Shown in pieces: positions 55,047-63,257 of a stretch of 64,000 bases of DNA. A program made the position numbers and the translations under genes. Source of the stretch: a virus. Taxonomy: Duplodnaviria > Caudoviricetes. Position 1 is the stretch's first letter; the number at the start of each line of letters is the position of its first letter. Below the pieces are notes generated by a model. It searched no databases and was not told the origin of the DNA. It saw only the letters and a program-made list of their open reading frames with translations. The DNA is taken from positions 1 through 64,000 of IMG/VR virus record IMGVR_UViG_3300037400_003374, one strand, 5' to 3'.

Positions 55047-55312
55047 ACTTCATTCCTCCCTTTCATGAGTAGAGTATAGCATACTATTAAAATCCTGTCA
55101 AGCACTTTTTGAAAAAAATTTTCGGCGCGCCGGCGCGGTTAGATGCGTCTAACTGTTTGACAATTTTTAAATTTTAGAGTATAATATATATGAAAGTTGA
55201 GGGAAGAAATTCAAAAAAATGAAAATTTCCTCTTGACAAACTTTCAGACCCATGCTATAATAGACCCATCAAGTGAAGGAAAACACTTAAAAACCAGAAA
55301 GGAAAATACCTC

Positions 55313-55483
55313 ATGCGTTACTATGTTACATTCATCCTTTGCAAGAATGGTGAAATTCTCAGACTTTGGAACAGTTCAGACCGCTTTGCAGAACGAGTAA
55401 AAGCAATGGAGATGGCACAGACTCTTGTGAGGAATATCCAAGATAGTGGATATAGCATTTATTATAAAATTAAGGAAATATAA
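55313..55483 (+). CDS. Small hypothetical protein, 56 aa
   Basis: AAGGAAAA leader hairpin and AAACCAGAAAGG RBS; not in the ORF track. Confidence 0.62.
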   Translation: MRYYVTFILCKNGEILRLWNSSDRFAERVKAMEMAQTLVRNIQDSGYSIYYKIKEI

Positions 55484-55571
55484 AAATTCTTCTTGACAAG
55501 CTTCCCGATTCATGCTATAATCAATACATCAAGTGAAGGAAAACACTTCAAACCAGAAAGGATATACCCTT

Positions 55572-55970
55572 ATGGCAAAAATTTCTAAGCCTGTTGTCGA
55601 TGCTACTCTTCGTCTCGATGCATTTCAGTTCGCTTTTCCCGAATATTTTGACATTGACAATGCGGATGTTTCCGCAGACAAGGTAATTCGTTTCGATAAG
55701 GTAAATGATCGTCAGTTCGGCCTTATCATGAAGGACTTAAACGGAAACGAGCGTTACATCCGTATCGGGGCGATTGTTGCAGAAGAACGTGAGGACATGA
55801 CTGCACAGGAATTGATGCAGAAGGAAATTGATGACTATAACGCAAAAAAGGCCGATAAGGCCGAAAAGGCCAAAGCCAAGGCAGTGAAAATTGCCAAGGA
55901 CAAGGCAAAGCGTGAACAGGCCAAAGCAGAGGACAAGGACGATGAAAATCAGTCCTTGCCCATGAAGTGA
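55572..55970 (+). CDS. Hypothetical protein with Lys/Ala-rich C-terminus, 132 aa
   Basis: AAGGAAAA leader hairpin, RBS, own promoter. Confidence 0.7.
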   Translation: MAKISKPVVDATLRLDAFQFAFPEYFDIDNADVSADKVIRFDKVNDRQFGLIMKDLNGNERYIRIGAIVAEEREDMTAQELMQKEIDDYNAKKADKAEKAKAKAVKIAKDKAKREQAKAEDKDDENQSLPMK

Positions 55971-55995
55971 CTATGTAAGGAAGGGGATATCAAAT

Positions 55996-56253
55996 ATGAG
56001 TAAAGTCGTGTATGTCTTATCCTATCAGGGTGAACCTGACCATGTTTATACCTCTCTTGAACCTTTGATTAAAATGTGCTACAAGTACATGAATGAACAC
56101 CGCAGTGCCGAAGAAAAAATGTTCAACTACTGGTTAGAGGATAGATTCTATACAGAAGACACAGCAGAACAGGCTTGGAATGACTACATTGATTGGATTT
56201 TTGACTATGGTAAATGGGGCGATTACAGTTATCTTGAAGTACTGTTAGATTAA
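55996..56253 (+). CDS. Small hypothetical protein, 85 aa
   Basis: AAGGGG RBS. Confidence 0.65.
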   Translation: MSKVVYVLSYQGEPDHVYTSLEPLIKMCYKYMNEHRSAEEKMFNYWLEDRFYTEDTAEQAWNDYIDWIFDYGKWGDYSYLEVLLD

Positions 56254-56365
56254 TGCCAAGGGAGTTAGTTTAGGCTAACTCCCGCCGGCGCGAAAAAATT
56301 TTTGAAAACCGCTTGACATTTCCTTCAAAGTATACTATAATACTCTTGTCGAAAGGAAAGGAGCG

Positions 56366-56806
56366 ATGTTCATGACACAGGTTCAAGCAATTCGTCAGTT
56401 TGCTTCTTACGTTGCAAACACTAAAGCAGTAATTGCACGCACTCGGGAAGAATGGAGTATCACCCTTGACTATCCTTATCCCTACTTGACTTTACCTAAA
56501 GACTTGATGGAAAATTCAGAAGGCGATAAAGCCTTTAGAAAAGACTTTGTTGCAAGGTGTCCCATGGGTAGAGGTTTTGCAAACGTTACTTTATCTGTTT
56601 TACATGAAATCGGCCACTTCTTTACTAAAGAAATTTTCGACTCACAGGACATGGACGAATATGCAAAAGTAACCGAATATGAAGAATATTTTGCACTCCC
56701 TTGTGAAAAGGTAGCAACAGATTGGGCTATCAATTGGCTTCAGAACAAAGAACACCGTAAAGTAGCAAAAGCATTTGAAAAATCATTCTTTATTGGGAGG
56801 AACTAA
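56366..56806 (+). CDS. HExxH zinc metallopeptidase-like protein, copy 2
   Basis: LSVLHEIGH...PCEKVATDWA; paralog of 43276-43788. Confidence 0.72.
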   Translation: MFMTQVQAIRQFASYVANTKAVIARTREEWSITLDYPYPYLTLPKDLMENSEGDKAFRKDFVARCPMGRGFANVTLSVLHEIGHFFTKEIFDSQDMDEYAKVTEYEEYFALPCEKVATDWAINWLQNKEHRKVAKAFEKSFFIGRN

Positions 56807-56807
56807 T

Positions 56808-57023
56808 ATGTGCCAAATCAAAGAAACAGCGCTTTGCAAGTTTTGTCCGAACATTGATAAATGCCGAGAAGAACGTGACCAAATGTTATTCAAACTGGCA
56901 TTTGATTGGTGGAATTTTGATAGAGTGCCTCCCGAATATTTAAGGACCGAAGAAGTAATACAGGCCCTTTTGGATTATATCCATGATAATCCCGAACGTT
57001 TTCGCGGCCAGCGCCCACAATGA
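56808..57023 (+). CDS. Small Cys-containing protein, 71 aa
   Basis: GGGAGG RBS; CKFCPNIDKC. Confidence 0.62.
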   Translation: MCQIKETALCKFCPNIDKCREERDQMLFKLAFDWWNFDRVPPEYLRTEEVIQALLDYIHDNPERFRGQRPQ

Positions 57024-57134
57024 TCGGGCGCGCCGGCAGGGTTAGATTTAACTAACTTGAAAAAATTTTCCCAAACCTCTTGACAGCTTTCCTGACTTAT
57101 AGTATAATCAAGATGTTGAAAGGAGATGGACACC

Positions 57135-57278
57135 ATGAAAAAGACCAAAACCAAAGCGAAAACTTGGACTGAAGTATTCCAGTCCGAAAGGAAAACTTGG
57201 GGCAACGTAAACCCAGTGACCAAGGTTATTCCAGACAAGAGATTTAAGAAGCCGAAGTACAAGAACTATGATGATTAA
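57135..57278 (+). CDS. Small basic protein, 47 aa
   Basis: AAAGGAG RBS, own promoter; not in the ORF track. Confidence 0.6.
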   Translation: MKKTKTKAKTWTEVFQSERKTWGNVNPVTKVIPDKRFKKPKYKNYDD

Positions 57279-57291
57279 AGGAGAGATATGT

Positions 57292-57495
57292 ATGGTAACT
57301 CGTAGCTATTATGTTCCCCGCAATCAGATTGGGCGCTATGTAATGAATTTGGTAGTAGATAATGTCGGTTGCAGTGTCGCAGATATTACCCCTAACGTCT
57401 CAGTTGAAGTTATCCGCTTTACTATCACTTGTCGTGATAGGGATATTCCCACTGTTGAACAGATTTTAAAAAGTTACAATATGTTAGGAGATTGA
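57292..57495 (+). CDS. Small hypothetical protein, 67 aa
   Basis: AAAGGAG RBS. Confidence 0.62.
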   Translation: MVTRSYYVPRNQIGRYVMNLVVDNVGCSVADITPNVSVEVIRFTITCRDRDIPTVEQILKSYNMLGD

Positions 57496-57852
57496 CAATA
57501 TGCATTTAACACCGCAAGATATCCAATACATTCAGGCCTTCCAGGCCTTTACGTAGGAAACACTGGCAGCGGTCCGCCGCGCCGGCAAGTGTCACAACTT
57601 TACAGAAGGATTTTTTATTCGGTTACTGGACCTATTGGACAAGTTTAAAACAGAGTTCTGGAACGTGCCGGCATAATTTGCCGGCACGCTTTTTCTGCCG
57701 GCAGGCTTGCCGGCGACTTTTTCTGCCGGCGCGGTTAGTTATAACTAACTCACTATTATACTTTTGTAACTATTATGTCCTCGTCACTGTTACATGTTCA
57801 TCACTGTCCCCTATATATTGGGGCGCGGCCACTATATCTTGTACCCCGCCGC

Positions 57853-58093
57853 GAGCTGGAAGCTGGGCCAGCTGCAAGCTGGCCCACAAGCTGGACAAGC
57901 TGGAAGCTGGAAATTCAAATAAGCTGGAAGCTGGAAAGTCAGTATAGACATAGCTGAGAAGCTGGAAAAAAATTGGCTTCACCAATTTTCGGCTTCGGAC
58001 AAGCTGCAATATTCGGCTTGCAAGCTGGAAAGCTGGAACCCGTCACAAGCTGGAAATTCGTCGGAGCCTCTACGCGAGGCGCCGACAAGCTGA
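57853..58093 (+). repeat. Cluster of co-oriented AAGCTGG heptamers (11 perfect copies plus variants)
   Basis: Perfect copies at 57860, 57876, 57888, 57897, 57904, 57921, 57928, 57959, 58022, 58030 and 58047. Confidence 0.85.
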
Positions 58094-58166
58094 AAAAGTC
58101 AAACATTTGACTTTTACAGAAAATCTGCTATAATATAATTGTAAGAATGAAAGGAGCTGGAAAATA

Positions 58167-58334
58167 ATGTACCTGATAATTGGGCGCACGCAGGACGAGG
58201 ACCCGCGCAACGATGTAATCTATGGTGTCTGCCGCAGCATGCAAAAAGCTGAAGAAGTTTGCTGCATAGCTGAAGCACAAGACGACGAGCAGCGCTATTA
58301 CTTCTGGTTTCCTGTGCCAGAAATTAAAGGTTAA
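58167..58334 (+). CDS. Small hypothetical protein, 55 aa
   Basis: GAAAGGAG RBS, promoter at 58107. Confidence 0.6.
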   Translation: MYLIIGRTQDEDPRNDVIYGVCRSMQKAEEVCCIAEAQDDEQRYYFWFPVPEIKG

Positions 58335-58678
58335 ACATTTGACTTTTTCCTAAACTTCTGCTATAATATATATACAAAAGGAAATGAGGATGCACCCAAT
58401 AAGTTCCTTTGTCGAGGAATTGGCATAAGCTGAGATCAGTAGCCTCGTTAAAAAATTGAGCTTAGCTTGACTTCAATAATCGGCCACAGGAAATCCGTTC
58501 AAGAGCAATGGATAAAAGCTGTGGTGGCGGTTTTAGTAAAATGTGCATGTTGTTACTAAAATTAGCCTCCCTAATATTTGACTTCTAGAGGAAAATCTGA
58601 TATAATATAGATGTTCTGAGAGGATAATTTGTGCAGGGTGGACTGCCGTATACTAAACCACAGGAAAAGGAGTAAACT

Positions 58679-59170
58679 ATGACTATTAATGAACTGAACA
58701 AGGTACTTATGGGTGTTGACGGTGCCGTTATGGGCCGTGTTAAGAACAGCAACTTTGTGATTGTGCCCCTTGAAGATGGCGGCTACGCCAAGGTTAGTGT
58801 AAGCAAGGCCCTTATGGAAGGCACAAAGACTCATGCCGCATTTGACTATGAAACCGCTGTGGCCGATTACCAGACTTGGGAAGCTGCCGCTGCAATGCGT
58901 GAAGCTGAAAGGGCCAGCAAGCCCAAGACCGTAAAGGGTCCTTCCCCTGAAGCTCAGGCACGTAGAGATGAGCTGGACGCTATGATTGCTGGCCTCCCTG
59001 CTTTCACTGAGTATACCGCTACCGACATTCGCGCCGCTCTTGCAGACAAGCTTCCTGACAATGTGCTTGTGATGCAGGTAGGCCAGAGCGCACGCAGACT
59101 GGTTGAAAAGGGTGTACTTACTGTAACCTCGCACGAAGGCGACAAGAAGCCCTATTACACCAAGGCTTAA
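58679..59170 (+). CDS. Two-domain protein with C-terminal winged-helix-like domain, 163 aa
   Basis: C-terminal TATDIRAALADKLP...VGQSARRLVEKGVL...KPYYTKA resembles family W; terminator follows. Confidence 0.7.
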   Translation: MTINELNKVLMGVDGAVMGRVKNSNFVIVPLEDGGYAKVSVSKALMEGTKTHAAFDYETAVADYQTWEAAAAMREAERASKPKTVKGPSPEAQARRDELDAMIAGLPAFTEYTATDIRAALADKLPDNVLVMQVGQSARRLVEKGVLTVTSHEGDKKPYYTKA

Positions 59171-59265
59171 TAAAAGAAGGCGCAAACCTTCTTTTTTTGT
59201 ACGCACTGTCAAACATTTGACTTTTATTAAAAATATGGTATAATAAAATGGGATAAGCTTTCAGC

Positions 59266-60612
59266 TTATCCCTCTTTTGCTTCTACGAGCGCAAGGAAGT
59301 CATTGTCCTTTATTTCCGCATCATGCCACTCGCCAGTAATATAGCACATCTATTGCTGCTTACCTTTGATGGTCTTCTTCTTCTACTCTACCGTATACCC
59401 CAACATAGGCAAACAATCCTTTAAACTATTCCATGTCATTATCTTGGAATTATTCTTATTTGACTTGTCCAAGCTGGGAACTGCCAATAGCTCCGCAAGC
59501 TGGCGGCATTCAGGAATAGTAAGCCAGCGGTTCATGTATTCCTCTGGTATCTCAGAGCAAAAGGTCTTCAAATGGCGCTGGTACTAGAATGTCTGCCGCG
59601 GCACCTATATTCTATCCTCCGCGTCATAGGAATCAATGATGACGTTGTCAAAGCGCCGATCCTTAATATTGATGCCACGCGCCAGCGCCTTATTGACTAT
59701 GACAAAGTCATACTCCTGCGGCACCATACCAGTAGAAACGATAATGCCGTAAACGCGCTGCTATTCCTCACTCATAGGTTTGTCATTATTGTTAATAGAA
59801 TGCAACTCGATTGGATTAAAGCCCTGTTGGCGCGCCACATTCAAAATACTCTAATTAGGCTCTATGAAAGGAGAGTAACACCAATAGCCCTTGCCAGGCT
59901 CTGGCCGCAGCTTCTTCACATGCGTTAGCACATTAGTAAAGTAAATGTCTGCGGCGATCCGATATCCAGCTTCTAGCTTACCAGTATTACTTGCGCTAAT
60001 TAAGCTGGAATAATAGGCTTTTGCGCGCTCGGGCGTAGCGGATAGCCCAATGCATAAGATGCGTGCCTCGTTTACAATCTCTTCCCACTTGCCCAATAGA
60101 ATAAGCGGCATGTACTCTTTCGTGCTGGAGTACGTCTGTATTACAGAAAGGATTTCGGCATTTGAAATTTCCTTATCCTTCCTGTTATAGTCGCGAGTGC
60201 GCGCGGTCCGAAAAGCTGCAACTGCGAAGTCGAAGATTGAATCGCACTCGTCCCAACATATTACGTCTATGTTCTACAGAAACTCCGTGCCGCCTTTGAG
60301 CAGCTTAGCGCCCAACCCTTGATAGCACATCACCCCTATCTTATTGGTGGTTTCGCCCCATAAGGATGGCACCTCCCAAAGTATATCAGCATCGGCGCAT
60401 GTGTCCCCGTAGGACTCCAGAATCTAGTCCTTCAGAGAGTTGGTGTCTACCAAATACAGCACTCGATTAAGCTGATCATCGCGCGTATACTCCTTTAGAT
60501 GGTTAACTGCCCAATATGTTTTCCCAGTGCGCGTGCCGCAGTCTATTATGTTATAAACGCCGCGGCGAAAAACTAACTAATTTTGATTCGCTAGGTCTGT
60601 AACTGTTGTCAT
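59266..60612 (-). CDS. Superfamily 2 helicase-like protein, ~448 aa, 9 in-frame TAG
   Basis: Walker A GTRTGKT, Walker B WDECD, motif III LSATP, motif V-like ARGINI; GAGGTG RBS; TTGACT-N17-TATAAT promoter. Confidence 0.82.
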
Positions 60613-60739
60613 ACCTTTCACCTCTCATTATATTATAGCAGAATTTCATTTTCAAGTCAAGTATTTTTTTCTGCCATAAAAAAGTAAAAATGTAATCCCG
60701 AAACTGGTACAATTTCATTTTCTAATTAGATTTTTTTGT

Positions 60740-60910
60740 AATAAAAAAATGTAGTAGATTTTTTACTACCCCCCTCCCCCCTATATAGGTAGTAAAAAAA
60801 ATACTACATTTTTTTATTACTTTTAATTTGTAATGATTCTCCTATATATATAATAAAATTTTAATCGGAACGAGGCGCGAAGCGCCGAGTGGAGATTAAA
60901 ATTTTATTAT
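60740..60910. repeat. Two long inverted repeats in an AT-rich divergent intergenic region
   Basis: 31-bp arms 60740-60770/60788-60818 (2 mismatches) and perfect 17-bp arms 60850-60866/60894-60910. Confidence 0.85.
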
Positions 60911-61224
60911 ACGCGCCGCAGGCGCGAAGTCAAACATTAAACTTTGTCAAATACTTGACTTTTTTCAATTTATATGATATAATAAAAGAAAAAGAGATTT
61001 TTTGGACAAATACTTGACAAAAGCCGAAATTTTGGCACATCCATCTAATCTAATGCTATACTTAACAAATGCGCCCGACACCCTCTCCATACCAATGGAG
61101 GCTGCTTAGTCTGGAAGGCGCCATATTTCATTTTCTTTTCTCCTTCTTTTTATCAGTTCACGATGTACGTATTGTTTTCCCAAATCTATATCCCATGATA
61201 CTACATTATTTCCGAGGTGGTTAT

Positions 61225-61434
61225 ATGACATTAGAACAAAAGATACTAGAACTTACCGCGGAAGATGGCCCCAACGTTCCATTGAGAACGTTAGCTATCT
61301 ATTGCGGCACGTCACATACGACACTAAGCCGCTTTGCACATGGGAAACTTGCAATTAGTGAGAAAATGCGCGAGCAAATTGAGTAGGGAATGGAGGAGAT
61401 GGCGCAGCAAATTTGGTAGATTGCCAATTCTTGA
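61225..61434 (+). CDS. Cro/XRE-like HTH protein, 69 aa, two in-frame TAG
   Basis: LRTLAIYCGTSHTTLSRFAHG. Read-through gives a C-terminus (IEQGMEEMAQQIWQIANS) matching the length of the paralog at 63709-63909. Confidence 0.7.
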
Positions 61435-61486
61435 CATTTTTCTAATTTATATTATAATATAAGTATAAAAAGAAAGGAGCATTGGT

Positions 61487-61837
61487 ATGGAGTATAGAAC
61501 TAAGGAATATACACCTAGGGTGGACGGAGTGCAGGTACGTGATTGCGTATGGTTTGGTACTCCCTCGAAGCGCATTATGTACGAGATTGTGAAGTGGGAG
61601 AAGCGTTCGGAACCAATCATTGTGGTGAATGGGTTTACTGGGCGGCTTGAGTACTCGTTTGAGAGTTGCTACTCACTTGCGCATCTAGTTTGGAATCCCG
61701 ATGAGCAAGAGTTTGAGTTTGAAGGAGTAGGAACTAGATGGTTGGAGGAAGCCCCAAGCAAGGAAGCATGTGACATGATATTGGACTTCTGCGCGAAAAC
61801 TGCCAAGAAACTTAGAGAAGAGGAAGAAAACGAATGA
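61487..61837 (+). CDS. Hypothetical protein, 116 aa
   Basis: GAAAGGAG RBS, own promoter. Confidence 0.7.
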   Translation: MEYRTKEYTPRVDGVQVRDCVWFGTPSKRIMYEIVKWEKRSEPIIVVNGFTGRLEYSFESCYSLAHLVWNPDEQEFEFEGVGTRWLEEAPSKEACDMILDFCAKTAKKLREEEENE

Positions 61838-62043
61838 TTGCATTGAATAGGGAAATGCCGCAATCTTGCCTCCTATGCCCATGTTTACATACAATTAATT
61901 TGGCATACGTAGGCTTAAGGTGCTGCAATGCGGCAGGAATGCGCCAGATTATTGAGCCATTGTTTACTAAAAAGGAGGAAACGGTGCCAAAGTGGTGGAC
62001 GGACTTTCCGAAGCCAGATTGGTGCCCATGGGTGGAAGTATGA
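61834..62043 (+). CDS. Cys-rich small protein, 69 aa
   Basis: ATGA overlap; MPQSCLLCPC...CC...PDWCP pattern. Confidence 0.68.
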   Translation: MIALNREMPQSCLLCPCLHTINLAYVGLRCCNAAGMRQIIEPLFTKKEETVPKWWTDFPKPDWCPWVEV

Positions 62044-62246
62044 AGATAGTAAAGTGTCCGGATTGCGGCGAAAGCAAGTATGTCATTATGTTTAGTACCT
62101 CAACATGCATGTATTATCCGCCTATTATTAAGGATGGGGTCAATGTGAACCCGGATAGGAATGTAATTACAAATAGTTGTCAGTGCTTACATTGCGGCAG
62201 TAGGTTTGCATATCAGACAACGGCATTTGGAGAGGTTTTGGAGTAA
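62040..62246 (+). CDS. Zn-ribbon protein, 68 aa
   Basis: ATGA overlap; CPDC...CLHC. Confidence 0.68.
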   Translation: MKIVKCPDCGESKYVIMFSTSTCMYYPPIIKDGVNVNPDRNVITNSCQCLHCGSRFAYQTTAFGEVLE

Positions 62247-62268
62247 AGGTTGCGTAGGAGTATATGAA

Positions 62269-62466
62269 ATGATTACGACAATTAAGGAACGAAATGGAAT
62301 ACTATATTGCGCCCATTGCCGCATTCAAGTAAAGGACTTGCACCATTAGTATTGCTAGTTCTGCGGCTATGAGTTTGCGAATTGGGAGAAATTCGCAATT
62401 GAACTTTTTGAACGGGAGCGCGAAGCCTATGAAAGTTTATGTAGTGACGACGGGTCAGTACTCTGA
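62269..62466 (+). CDS. Zn-ribbon protein, 65 aa, two in-frame TAG
   Basis: CAHC...HQYCQFCGYEF; the second CxxC contains a TAG codon; not in the ORF track. Confidence 0.68.
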
Positions 62467-62824
62467 TTATACAATTAGAGGGATTTTTAGTACGCCAGAA
62501 GCGGCGGAGAAGGCTGTAAGAGCAATGATAGTCTATCCGCCAGCCTGTTGCTGCGACCCTAACCCTATTCAGGAAATGGAGCTAGATACTTATCAGCCAT
62601 TTGATAAGTACTTGACATTGTATTACCATCCCTCTAGTGGGAAAATTAGTCATGTGCGCTATAATGATTATAAGAACGAAGAGCGCGTAGTAAGCACTAT
62701 CAATCCGGATGATATTTACATGGTAATGAGGTATTCGGAACGCTTTACAGACCAGAGTGTGTTGGAGAAAGCGGCACGCGATAGGTATATGCAATGGAAG
62801 GCAGAACAGGAGGACATTGTGTGA
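62429..62824 (+). CDS. Hypothetical protein, 131 aa
   Basis: MKVYVVTTGQYSDYTIRGIFST, a common phage N-terminal pattern. Confidence 0.68.
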   Translation: MKVYVVTTGQYSDYTIRGIFSTPEAAEKAVRAMIVYPPACCCDPNPIQEMELDTYQPFDKYLTLYYHPSSGKISHVRYNDYKNEERVVSTINPDDIYMVMRYSERFTDQSVLEKAARDRYMQWKAEQEDIV

Positions 62825-63246
62825 CGGCGGAAGGTTGGTTTGATTGTATCGTACTCGCGCTAATTGCTATTGGCTTCGGCATTATTATGTTTACGTACTG
62901 CTTTGAAAGATGGCGCTGTATATGGCTTATAGCAGGTATTGTAGTAGCAATGATGGTAGTTATAGCGGGATTTTCGCATTGTAAAAATGATAATTGGAGG
63001 AATAGTATGGAGTGGATTAGTGTTAAAGAGAGCTTGCCCAAGGAAGATGGCAGATATTTGGTAGTTAATAAGGCATACGACCGCATGACGGTTGAAGTCA
63101 CGGAGTTCACTACAAATCTTCATCGTATTGATGACTATACGTTCCGTGATGAGGTGCGGCCAGGGTGGTATACATTTGACCCTGAGGTTGGGTACTTTGA
63201 ACGAACACATATCGCGTACTGGATGCCGCTGCCCGAATTGCCATAA
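62821..63246 (+). CDS. Two-TM segment fused in frame to a DUF551-like domain (MEWISVKESLPKED...IAYWMPLPELP); internal start at 63007
   Basis: GTGA overlap start; internal GGAGG RBS before ATG 63007; DUF551-type signature. Confidence 0.62.
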   Translation: MTAEGWFDCIVLALIAIGFGIIMFTYCFERWRCIWLIAGIVVAMMVVIAGFSHCKNDNWRNSMEWISVKESLPKEDGRYLVVNKAYDRMTVEVTEFTTNLHRIDDYTFRDEVRPGWYTFDPEVGYFERTHIAYWMPLPELP

Positions 63247-63257
63247 GGAGTGGGAGA

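Noticed and set aside
57678-58009. ORFs across the GCCGGC/AAGCTGG repeat zone
   Set aside because: Translations merely reflect the repeats (KLEAG...); no RBS.
42466-59212. Long minus-strand track ORFs opposite the early genes (e.g. 49655-50122, 50757-51416, 58571-59212)
   Set aside because: Antisense shadows of well-supported plus-strand genes; they cross promoters and terminators.
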